A stretch of 32,000 nucleotides of DNA. It comes from Candidatus Saccharimonadota bacterium (lineage in GTDB: Bacteria > Pseudomonadota > Alphaproteobacteria > CAJXXZ01 > 1604HC). A model generated the notes under the pieces. The model was not told the DNA's origin. It did no database searches and saw only the letters and a program-made list of their open reading frames with translations. The stretch covers positions 120,001-152,000 of the forward strand of contig NZ_CP043316.1 of assembly GCF_008189405.1 (NCBI RefSeq). The letters run 5' to 3'. Positions within the stretch are counted from its first letter, which is position 1. Each line of letters starts with the position of its first letter. The translations under genes were made by a program, and so were the position numbers. Of this stretch, positions 20,490-28,131 are shown piece by piece.

Positions 20490-21027
20490 ACATAAAAAGA
20501 AGAAAGTCATAATGAATGAGTATATCCGTGCTGATCAAGTATCTGTTATACAAGACAAAGAAAAGATGGGAGCTATGTCATTGAATGCTGCATTGAATAT
20601 GGCAGAGGATCAGGGATTAGATTTAGTACAGGTTTCTGATGATGATATTCCTACTTGTAGATTGATGGATTACAAACAATTTTTGTATAAACAAAACAAA
20701 AAAAATGCTGAAATCAAGAGAAAGTCCAAGTCATTTGAAATCAAAGAGATTCAAATTAGACCTAGAATAGGACAACATGACTTAGATACAAAAGCAAGGC
20801 ATGCTCGTAGATTTCTTGAAGATGGGAATAAAGTGAAAGTTGTATTGAAATTAAGAGGTAGAGAAATGGCTCATGTTGATCTAAACATTGAGAATGTTCT
20901 GAAGCAGTTTGCATTACAATTAGATGATATTTCTAGTATAGAAAAAGAGCCAAAACAAGAAATGAAAAATAGGATTTTTATGACTATTAAGCCTGACCCT
21001 TCTAAGTCAGAAAAAGAGCAGGCTTAA
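20482..21027 (+). CDS. infC: Translation initiation factor IF-3
   Basis: INEYIRADQVSVIQ...LDLVQVSDDDIPTCRLMDYKQFLYK...IKEIQIRPRIGQHDLDTK...LRGREMAH aligns along its length with E. coli IF3. ATG at 20482 overlaps the thrS stop by 8 nt. The exact start is uncertain because IF3 often uses atypical starts; ATG at 20512 is also possible. Confidence 0.9.
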   Translation: MNKHKKKKVIMNEYIRADQVSVIQDKEKMGAMSLNAALNMAEDQGLDLVQVSDDDIPTCRLMDYKQFLYKQNKKNAEIKRKSKSFEIKEIQIRPRIGQHDLDTKARHARRFLEDGNKVKVVLKLRGREMAHVDLNIENVLKQFALQLDDISSIEKEPKQEMKNRIFMTIKPDPSKSEKEQA

Positions 21028-21037
21028 TCATAATTGT

Positions 21038-22804
21038 ATGCAACTTATTCTTAGGTTTTTCCAATTAATATCAAATTTACTGATTTTTAGCCTATTAAGT
21101 CTATTACTATTATTGTTTGGACTCATCAATCGAAAAAACATTTCACTATTAGATCATAAAATTCAATTTGACTCTATTCATATGACTAGTAATGGATTTT
21201 CAGTTAATGACATAAAATATCGTAATGTGCATATAAAATCTTTAAATATTGGAATTATCAAGCCATTCATAAATATAAAGAAATTTAATATTTTTAAAAT
21301 AGATTTTGATATGAATATGTACTATAAGAATGGATTGCATATTGATAGCGCTATATTAAATAATAAGCTACGATTCAAATCACTAATACATAAGAATGTA
21401 ATAAATATTACTACATCTGGGTTAGATCAATCAGAGTTTAAAGGCGTATATTATGGTAGCAATATTATTATGAGATTGCCCAAAGGATTATTTGTTTTGT
21501 CTGATGGAAGGTTAAATATAAACTCAGAAAATAAAAAATATTTCTTGATGTTTAAGGCTGATTTATATAAAAAAGAAGTGCAGAAGATGAACTTTTATTC
21601 TAAAACAAAAAAGCTAAATATATCTTTTGATGAAATGTGGAATTTTGAATCTAAAAATGAAAATATGCACTTAAAAATGCAATTGGATAAATATTTAATT
21701 GGTGATGGAAAGATTATAATTAATAAAAAATTTGGAATATTAGATTCTCATTTAAACTTTAAAATCAATGCATCAAATATGAAAGTACATGCCTATAACT
21801 ATGGAAAGCAATTTATTAAAATTAATGATTTTGGCTTGCATGAACAGAAAATTAAGTGGGACCTACATTTTAATGTGAATGAGCAATTCTTTACTTTGAA
21901 ATCAGATAACTTGAAGGTTGATGCAAAGTTTCTGACAAATAATATTAAATTTAACTTGTTTTTGAATTCAGATAAAATTGATCTTGCGGCATTTGGTAAG
22001 ATGGATTACTACAATAACATTCAAATAGAAGGGTATGGAGATTATATTTCATTATTAGATATGCAATCTCTATTTAAAAAAGGTAGTGATAATTCTATAG
22101 AATGTGATTTTAAGTGGAAAAAAGCCAAATGGATTGCAGATTTGTTTTTAGAGGATATGACAGTGAATTGTTATAAAAATAAAGACGGATTTAAATCATG
22201 TTTGATTAATTCTCATTTTGAAGGTAATCCTGTGAAATTATGGAAAAGTACAGTTCCATCTCCATTGCATTTTAAAATATGGAATTTTGCTCGTGCATTT
22301 GAATTGATGTATGGAGAAAAACTATTCAAATCAACAGGCATATTAGATGGATCAATTCATGTAAGCAAGAAAGGAATGCCATGGAATTTTACACTGTACG
22401 ATTTTGAGAGTATGCAGAATCTAAATGCTATTTACTTGCAAATATTATCTTTAAAATTCTGGGCATCTATATTTAAAAACAATCAAAAGAAATGGGATCA
22501 CCTTACTGGTAATGGGCATATTTCACACAATAAATATGAAATTGATCATTTTGAGATGGACAATGATTATTTTAATGTTAATGGGTCAGGATTTATACAT
22601 AGGCATGATGATTTAATGGATATAAATGGGCTTTTGCTATCTAAATCTCTTACTAATGATTTGCAAGATCTAATGAATCGAAAAGATAGAAATAAAATAC
22701 CTTTTCATATGTATGGTGGGTTGAAAGATATAAAAGTGGACAATCAGGTTGGATTTAAGAAATTGGCTGTTCCTATACTTCCTTTGGCATTTTTTCTTAT
22801 ATAA
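21038..22804 (+). CDS. Hypothetical membrane-anchored protein, possibly AsmA/TamB-like (weak)
   Basis: 588 aa. The N-terminal hydrophobic anchor is LISNLLIFSLLSLLLLLFGLI, and the C-terminus is hydrophobic (LAVPILPLAFFLI). The body is Asn/Lys-rich with beta-strand-like alternation. The AsmA-like call rests only on architecture and size, not on a recognised motif. Confidence 0.5.
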   Translation: MQLILRFFQLISNLLIFSLLSLLLLLFGLINRKNISLLDHKIQFDSIHMTSNGFSVNDIKYRNVHIKSLNIGIIKPFINIKKFNIFKIDFDMNMYYKNGLHIDSAILNNKLRFKSLIHKNVINITTSGLDQSEFKGVYYGSNIIMRLPKGLFVLSDGRLNINSENKKYFLMFKADLYKKEVQKMNFYSKTKKLNISFDEMWNFESKNENMHLKMQLDKYLIGDGKIIINKKFGILDSHLNFKINASNMKVHAYNYGKQFIKINDFGLHEQKIKWDLHFNVNEQFFTLKSDNLKVDAKFLTNNIKFNLFLNSDKIDLAAFGKMDYYNNIQIEGYGDYISLLDMQSLFKKGSDNSIECDFKWKKAKWIADLFLEDMTVNCYKNKDGFKSCLINSHFEGNPVKLWKSTVPSPLHFKIWNFARAFELMYGEKLFKSTGILDGSIHVSKKGMPWNFTLYDFESMQNLNAIYLQILSLKFWASIFKNNQKKWDHLTGNGHISHNKYEIDHFEMDNDYFNVNGSGFIHRHDDLMDINGLLLSKSLTNDLQDLMNRKDRNKIPFHMYGGLKDIKVDNQVGFKKLAVPILPLAFFLI

Positions 22805-23127
22805 TATTCTGTGAAATCTATATGAATTTATTTTTATTTACGTTTTGCAAGTTTGCTTGATATATGCCAAATTGATGGCAAGATAAATTGATATTAAATA
22901 TCATAAATAGAGTTATATTATGCTAAGCTTCCATAGTGGGTTGTATTTCATTCAGGTGTATCATACGGTGAATAGGTAGTTTATCATAGATATATACATA
23001 AGAATTATAATTTTTTATTGGAGTTACAATATGAAATATTTGCTGTGAAATAACTTATATAATTTACGTCACAATATTTTATATATAGAATTTTGTATAG
23101 AAAATTTATTATAATGCATAAAATCAC

Positions 23128-23156
23128 TTGACAAAAATCGTAAAATCATACAAATT
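23128..23156 (+). promoter_or_regulatory. Candidate sigma-70 promoter for the tRNA-Tyr/tRNA-Gly/tuf cluster
   Basis: A consensus -35 TTGACA lies at 23128-23133. After a 17-nt spacer comes a weak -10 CAAATT at 23151-23156 (alternatively TACAAA at 23149-23154). This is ~25 nt upstream of the tRNA-Tyr 5' end. Confidence 0.3.
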
Positions 23157-23179
23157 ACTATTGTTACTCTTAGCTTTGC

Positions 23180-23264
23180 GGAGGGATGGTCGAGTGGTTA
23201 AAGGCAGCAGACTGTAAATCTGCCGACGGTTTCGTCTACGTAGGTTCGAATCCTACTCCCTCCA
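23180..23264 (+). tRNA. tRNA-Tyr (anticodon GTA), class II with long variable arm, no encoded CCA
   Basis: Folded by hand. Acceptor GGAGGGA/TCCCTCC with discriminator A. Anticodon stem GCAGA/TCTGC with loop CTGTAAA. Variable arm GACGG-TTT-CGTC. T arm GTAGG-TTCGAAT-CCTAC. Confidence 0.9.
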
Positions 23265-23271
23265 AATTTAT

Positions 23272-23343
23272 GCGGGCGTGGTTCAATGGCTAGAATGTCA
23301 GCCTTCCAAGCTGAAGACGTGGGTTCGACTCCCATCGCCCGCT
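23272..23343 (+). tRNA. tRNA-Gly (anticodon TCC), no encoded CCA
   Basis: Folded by hand. Acceptor GCGGGCG/CGCCCGC with discriminator T. D stem GTTC/GAAT. Anticodon stem TCAGC/GCTGA with loop CTTCCAA. T arm GTGGG-TTCGACT-CCCAT. Confidence 0.9.
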
Positions 23344-23388
23344 CATTTTTCGCTTAGAGTACTTTTTGTACACATATAGGGGGTATTA

Positions 23389-24591
23389 ATGGCTAAAGCA
23401 CAATTTGAAAGAACAAAACCGCATGTTAATGTTGGAACTATTGGTCACGTTGATCATGGAAAAACAACTTTAACAGCAGCAATTACAACAGTACTTGCAA
23501 AGAAGGGTTTAGCTGAATCTAAAAATTATGCTAACATCGATTCTGCAAAAGAGGAGAAGGAAAGAGGAATTACTATTTCCACTGCTCATGTTGAATATGA
23601 AACTGAGAACAGACATTATGCTCATGTTGACTGTCCTGGTCACGCTGACTATGTGAAGAACATGATTACTGGTGCTGCTCAAATGGATGGTGGTATATTA
23701 GTTGTTTCTGCTACTGATGGACCTATGCCTCAAACCAAAGAACATATTTTGTTAGCTAAACAGGTTAACGTGCCTTATTTGGTTGTGTTTATTAATAAAG
23801 TTGATGCATTAGATGATCCTGAAATGATTGAACTTGTTGAAGAAGAAGTTAAAGAATTGTTAGAGCATCATGGTTTCCATTCAGATGAGAAACCAGTTCC
23901 AATAATCAAGGGATCAGCTTTGTGCGCTCTTGAAGGAAGAGAAAATGATACAATTGGAGAAAAGGCTATCTTGGATCTGATGGATGCATTAGATTCTCAT
24001 ATCCCAGAGCCAACAAGAGAAATTGATAAAGATTTACTTATGTCAATTGAAGATGTTTTCTCAATTGAAGGTAGAGGAACAGTAGCAACTGGTCGTATTG
24101 AAACTGGTCAAGTTAAAATTGGTGATGAAGTTGAAATCGTTGGATTGCGTGATACACAAACTACTACAGTTACAGGTGTAGAAATGTTTAGAAAAGAAAT
24201 GAAAAGCGCTATTGCTGGTGATAATGTTGGAGTTCTTTTAAGAGGTGTTAAGAGAACTGACATTGAAAGAGGTCAAGTTCTTGCTAAGCCAAAAACTATT
24301 ACTCCACATAAGAAGTTTAAATGTGCTATTTATGTTTTGAAAGCTGAAGAGGGTGGTAGAAAAACTCCTTTCCACAGTAAGTATAGACCACAGTTCTATT
24401 TTAGAACTACAGATGTTACAGGAGAAATCACACTTCCTGATACAATTGAAATGGTGATGCCTGGTGATAATGTTAGTGATTTAGTTGTTGAACTAAACTC
24501 ACCAATTGCCATGGATAAAGAACTGAATTTTGCTATCAGAGAAGGTGGTAGAACAATTGGTGCTGGTGTTGTAACCGAAATTATTGAATAA
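23389..24591 (+). CDS. tuf: Elongation factor Tu
   Basis: 400 aa with [18 protein letters not shown] and NKVD, and near-complete conservation throughout. An AGGGGG Shine-Dalgarno lies ~10 nt upstream. Confidence 0.97.
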   Translation: MAKAQFERTKPHVNVGTIGHVDHGKTTLTAAITTVLAKKGLAESKNYANIDSAKEEKERGITISTAHVEYETENRHYAHVDCPGHADYVKNMITGAAQMDGGILVVSATDGPMPQTKEHILLAKQVNVPYLVVFINKVDALDDPEMIELVEEEVKELLEHHGFHSDEKPVPIIKGSALCALEGRENDTIGEKAILDLMDALDSHIPEPTREIDKDLLMSIEDVFSIEGRGTVATGRIETGQVKIGDEVEIVGLRDTQTTTVTGVEMFRKEMKSAIAGDNVGVLLRGVKRTDIERGQVLAKPKTITPHKKFKCAIYVLKAEEGGRKTPFHSKYRPQFYFRTTDVTGEITLPDTIEMVMPGDNVSDLVVELNSPIAMDKELNFAIREGGRTIGAGVVTEIIE

Positions 24592-24610
24592 TAATTTTTA
24601 CCAAACAAGT

Positions 24611-24644
24611 ATTATATTATAGAAGATATAATATAATATTTTTG
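24611..24644 (+). terminator. Candidate intrinsic terminator after tuf (all-A/T stem, weak)
   Basis: attatattat (24611-24620) pairs with ataatataat (24628-24637) around a 7-nt loop, followed by atttttg. The stem has no G:C pairs, so its strength is doubtful. Confidence 0.3.
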
Positions 24645-24861
24645 AATATAATTTGATATTAATTCCCTATACTTTTGTTTTTAGTTATAAGTAAATAAAT
24701 TTACTTTGTTTTTATTTTATAAATTTTCTAGGTATTGCTTAATTAATAATTGAATTAAAATGTATTATTTTCAAATTATGTGTTATTATATCACGTAAGA
24801 TTTGATTTTAATTTGATTGATTTTAATTTCTAATAAATTTAGAAAAAAGATAGGAATAAAT

Positions 24862-26097
24862 ATGAACGATAATGTGAACACAAAAGTTTCAGAAGCAAAA
24901 GAAAGTAATTCTGCAGGAAGCAATAGAGATAATTCTAATTCTGGTGGATTTGAAAGAAGAGAACGTTCTGGTGGAAACCGTGATGGTGGTGGATCCAGAG
25001 ATGGAAGATCTGGCGATCGCGGCGGATTTGAAAGAAGAGAACGTTCTGGTGGATTCGGTGGCAGAGGCCGTGATGGTGGATTCAGAGGCGGATTCGGTGG
25101 TGGAAGATCATTTGGCGGCGGAAGTCGTGATGGTGGATCCAGAGGTGGATTCGGTGGCGGAAGATCTGATGATCGAGGTGGATTTGGCGGAAGAGATTCT
25201 GGCAATTCAGAAAGAGGAAGCGAAGGCGGATTTGAAAGAAGAGAACGTTCTGGTAGATTCGGTGGCGGAAGCCGTGATGGCGGATCCAGAGGTGGATTCG
25301 GTGGTGGAAGATCATTTGGCGGCGGAAGCCGTGATGGCGGATCCAGAGGTGGATTCGGTGGTGGAAGATCATTTGGTGGCGGAAGCCGTGATGGTGGATC
25401 TAGAGGCGGATTTGGCGGAAGAGATTCTGGCAATTCAGAAAGAAGAAGCGAAGGCGGATTTGAAAGAAGAGAACGTTCTGGCGGATTCGGTGGCGGAAGC
25501 CGTGATGGCGGATCCAGAGGTGGATTCGGTGGCGGAAGATCATTTGGTGGTGGAAGCCGTGATGGTGGATCCAGAGGCGGATTTGGCGGAAGAAGATCTG
25601 ATGATCGCGGTGGATTTGGTGGAAGAGATTCTGGCAATTCAGAAAGAGGAAGCGAAGGCGGATTTGAAAGAAGAGAACGTTCTGGCGGACGTGATGGCGG
25701 ATCCAGAGGTGGATTCGGTGGCGGAAGATCATTCGGCGGCGGAAGTCGTGATGGTGGATCCAGAGGCGGATTTGGCGGAAGAGACTCTAACAGAAATGGT
25801 TCAAGTTTCGGCAATAACAACAGATATAATGACAGAGATGAATCCAGATCAAATGATTTTAAGAAACATGATGATTTGAGCATTGATAACAACAATGAAA
25901 ATAGCGAAATTAAATTCGATAGTTTCGAAATTGAAGGTAATTCAAAAGTAACAGTTGATTCAGAAGATACAAGCTCAGTAGTAACAATTGATTCAGAAGA
26001 TACAAGTTCAGTAGCAACAGTTGATTCAGAAGTAGCAGTTGGTTCAGAAGAAGATTCAAGCGAATCTAACGATACAGAAAATTCTGATAACTCATAA
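24862..26097 (+). CDS. Gly-Arg-rich (RGG/GAR-like) repeat protein with acidic Ser/Asp/Glu C-terminal tail; no recognisable folded domain
   Basis: The ATG at 24862 gives MNDNVNTKVSEAKESN... A ~280-aa array of GGFERRERSG and GGSRDGGSRGGFGGGRSF units follows. The same frame then stays open for ~100 further codons of AT-rich non-repeat sequence (NNRYNDRDES...DSEDTSSV...SNDTENSDNS). Codon choice (AGA/CGT Arg, GAA, GAT) matches neighbouring genes. The strand call is not fully certain; see findings. Confidence 0.7.
   Translation: MNDNVNTKVSEAKESNSAGSNRDNSNSGGFERRERSGGNRDGGGSRDGRSGDRGGFERRERSGGFGGRGRDGGFRGGFGGGRSFGGGSRDGGSRGGFGGGRSDDRGGFGGRDSGNSERGSEGGFERRERSGRFGGGSRDGGSRGGFGGGRSFGGGSRDGGSRGGFGGGRSFGGGSRDGGSRGGFGGRDSGNSERRSEGGFERRERSGGFGGGSRDGGSRGGFGGGRSFGGGSRDGGSRGGFGGRRSDDRGGFGGRDSGNSERGSEGGFERRERSGGRDGGSRGGFGGGRSFGGGSRDGGSRGGFGGRDSNRNGSSFGNNNRYNDRDESRSNDFKKHDDLSIDNNNENSEIKFDSFEIEGNSKVTVDSEDTSSVVTIDSEDTSSVATVDSEVAVGSEEDSSESNDTENSDNS
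24943..25790 (+). repeat. Nested coding tandem repeat: 54-nt subunit inside ~204-228-nt higher-order units
   Basis: The marker ggatttgaaagaagagaacgttctgg starts at 24946, 25024, 25228, 25456 and 25660, giving spacings of 78, 204, 228 and 204 nt. Between markers there are 1-3 copies of the 54-nt unit encoding GGSRDGGSRGGFGGGRSF. Copies differ mainly at third codon positions. Confidence 0.85.
25954..26040 (+). repeat. 33-nt coding tandem repeat (x2.6) encoding (V/I)DSEDTSSV(V/A)T
   Basis: gttgattcagaagatacaagctcagtagtaaca (25954-25986) is followed by attgattcagaagatacaagttcagtagcaaca (25987-26019), then a partial gttgattcagaagtagcagtt. Confidence 0.8.
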
Positions 26098-26121
26098 GAA
26101 GAAAGTTAGTTAGATCTAAAG

Positions 26122-26145
26122 AGCTTTGATACACTCAAAGCTTTT
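26122..26145 (+). terminator. Candidate intrinsic terminator after the RGG-repeat gene
   Basis: agctttga (26122-26129) pairs with tcaaagct (26135-26142) around a 5-nt loop, followed by ttt. It starts 25 nt after the TAA stop. The T-tract is short. Confidence 0.4.
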
Positions 26146-26682
26146 AGAAGCTAAGTAAGTAAATTCTCAAAATCCATTTAATAGTTTCATGTTATATAAG
26201 CTGTTAAGCTCATTTGGTATATTAAAAAAAAGTTGATTAATTATACATATCACTTTAAATGTTTACAATTATTTTAATGCTATTACAATTTAAAAATTAC
26301 TTAAATATATAAAACCCTCTATATTATTTTGATTAATGCATAAAGTTTCTATATGAATCATTAATAGTAGGTTTTTTATAATTAGTTAGATTGCTATGAT
26401 TATAGATTATTTTGTATTAAAGTTTTCTATGTGGATTACTAGTAATAATAAATTATATTATATTTCACATGGCAGGATTGTTCTGTTATAATCTCTTAGA
26501 TCTTATAGCATCAAAGATCTATATATATTCAACTGAATGTATTAAGTTTATAAATAATCAGCTTTTTTTATGTTTGTAGTGAATCTTAGATTATTTATGC
26601 AAAAACTATATTATATATATAGAAATTAAGCTTTAATTTATTATGCTTATAAATTAATAGTTTAGTATTTATAATTAATAAA

Positions 26683-28131
26683 TTATTTCAAATTTGCTAA
26701 ATATTTTAATACTTCTTCTTGTGTTATTTTTGGATTTGCTTTTCCTTTTGTTGCTTTAATAACTTGTCCAACAAAAAATTGCTTTAAATTTTCATTCCCA
26801 TTTTTATAGGATTCAACTTCTTTTTGGCAATTTTGTATTACATCATGTACAATCTGCTTGATCGCATCTGCAGAATTAATTTGTGCTAATCCTTTTTTCT
26901 TAATAATTTCAAGCGGGCTTATATCTTGTTCAATAAAATCAATCAACACTTCTTTTGCAGCTTTACCAGAAATATTGCCCTTGCTGACCTCTACTATTAA
27001 ATCTCTCAAGTAATTTGGGTTAATTTCTATATTTGGATTTTTCTTTATATAAGAAATAACATCCCCAATAACCCATTTAAATAAAATCACTTTATCATTT
27101 TTTTCTAATGATTTTGCAGAACTTTCAAATAATTTTGTAAGGTATGGATCTTCAGCAATAATCCAAGCATCTTGAAACGACACGCCTAATTTAGCAATGT
27201 TTTGGCAAACTTCATATGGTAAATTTGAATCTTTTATTTGATTTATTTGGGTATCATTTAAAATTACAGGGGGAAGATCTGGGTCTGGCATATAGCGATA
27301 ATCTGCAGCATCTTCTTTATTTCTCATATGAATTGTTTCACCAGTAGCCTCATTAAACAATCTTGTTTCTTGTACTATTTCTCCTCCAGATTCTAAGATT
27401 TCGGATTGTCTCTTGTACTCAAATAAAATAGCTTTTTTCATGAAGTTTACAGAATTTAAATTCTTGATCTCTACTCTTGTTCCGAATTCTTCTCCAGATT
27501 TTCTCAGAGAAATATTTACATCAGCTCGCATCTGACCTTTTTCCATATTACCATCACACGTACCAATTCTTCTTAAAGTGGATTGTAAAATTCTAAAAAA
27601 TGTAGCAACTTCATCTTCATTTCTCAAATCTGGTTCGGTTACTATCTCCATTAATGGAATTCCACACCTATTTAAATCAATATATGTTTTATTTCTTTTA
27701 TGAATACTTTTCCCAGCATCTGTCTCAAGATGAATTCTATTAATTCTTATATTTTTGAGGTCTTGATCAATCCAAATTGGAATATGCCCATTTTCTGTTA
27801 TTGGGTGGTAGAATTGAGTGATTTGGTATCCTAATGGCAAATCAGGGTAGAAGTAGTGTTTTCTGTCAAATTCTGATCTTTTATTGATTGTCATATTAAG
27901 AGCTAATCCAGATTTTATTGCTTTGTTTATACATTCTTCATTAAGTATTGGTAAGGCTCCTGGGAGCCCTAAATCTATATAATCTACACATGTATTTGGT
28001 GCATTATATTCAGTAGATGCTTTGGAAAACAGCTTGGATTTTGTTGATACTTGAGCGTGAATCTCTAATCCAATTACCATTTCCCATTTGTTGTTTATTG
28101 CTTTACCATGATCTTTATTAATTTGATTCAT
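26683..28131 (-). CDS. gatB: Asp/Glu-tRNA(Asn/Gln) amidotransferase subunit B
   Basis: 482 aa. WEMVIGLEIHAQV, the YFYPDLP...YQITQ region and the C-terminal YqeY-like tail are present. Its start overlaps the gatA stop. Confidence 0.95.
   Translation of the reverse strand: MNQINKDHGKAINNKWEMVIGLEIHAQVSTKSKLFSKASTEYNAPNTCVDYIDLGLPGALPILNEECINKAIKSGLALNMTINKRSEFDRKHYFYPDLPLGYQITQFYHPITENGHIPIWIDQDLKNIRINRIHLETDAGKSIHKRNKTYIDLNRCGIPLMEIVTEPDLRNEDEVATFFRILQSTLRRIGTCDGNMEKGQMRADVNISLRKSGEEFGTRVEIKNLNSVNFMKKAILFEYKRQSEILESGGEIVQETRLFNEATGETIHMRNKEDAADYRYMPDPDLPPVILNDTQINQIKDSNLPYEVCQNIAKLGVSFQDAWIIAEDPYLTKLFESSAKSLEKNDKVILFKWVIGDVISYIKKNPNIEINPNYLRDLIVEVSKGNISGKAAKEVLIDFIEQDISPLEIIKKKGLAQINSADAIKQIVHDVIQNCQKEVESYKNGNENLKQFFVGQVIKATKGKANPKITQEEVLKYLANLK

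Noticed and set aside
24943-25790. The locally GC-rich island could be evidence of recent horizontal transfer.
   Set aside because: The GC excess comes from GGN Gly and CGT/AGA Arg codons. Synonymous choices (AGA, GAA, GAT, TTT) match the host genes. The flanking non-repeat parts of the same ORF are as AT-rich as the rest of the window.
24786-25895. A 369-aa antisense ORF encodes a Pro-rich repeat (PPNPPLDPPSRLPPPNDL...). Other long ORFs in the same block are 24944-25879 (+), 25082-25372 (-) and 25400-25732 (-).
   Set aside because: - The Gly/Arg-codon repeat lacks stop codons in several frames, so long ORFs there are expected by chance.
- The antisense frame would need CTN Leu and CGN Arg codons, which are atypical for this AT-rich genome.
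- Its N-terminus is implausible, and it extends only ~35-50 codons outside the repeat.
- The plus frame uses AGA, GAA and GAT like its neighbours and stays open for ~100 non-repeat codons.
- This rejection is not absolute. The antisense frame shares wobble positions with the plus frame, so copy-to-copy synonymous variation cannot discriminate. Strand-specific expression data are needed.
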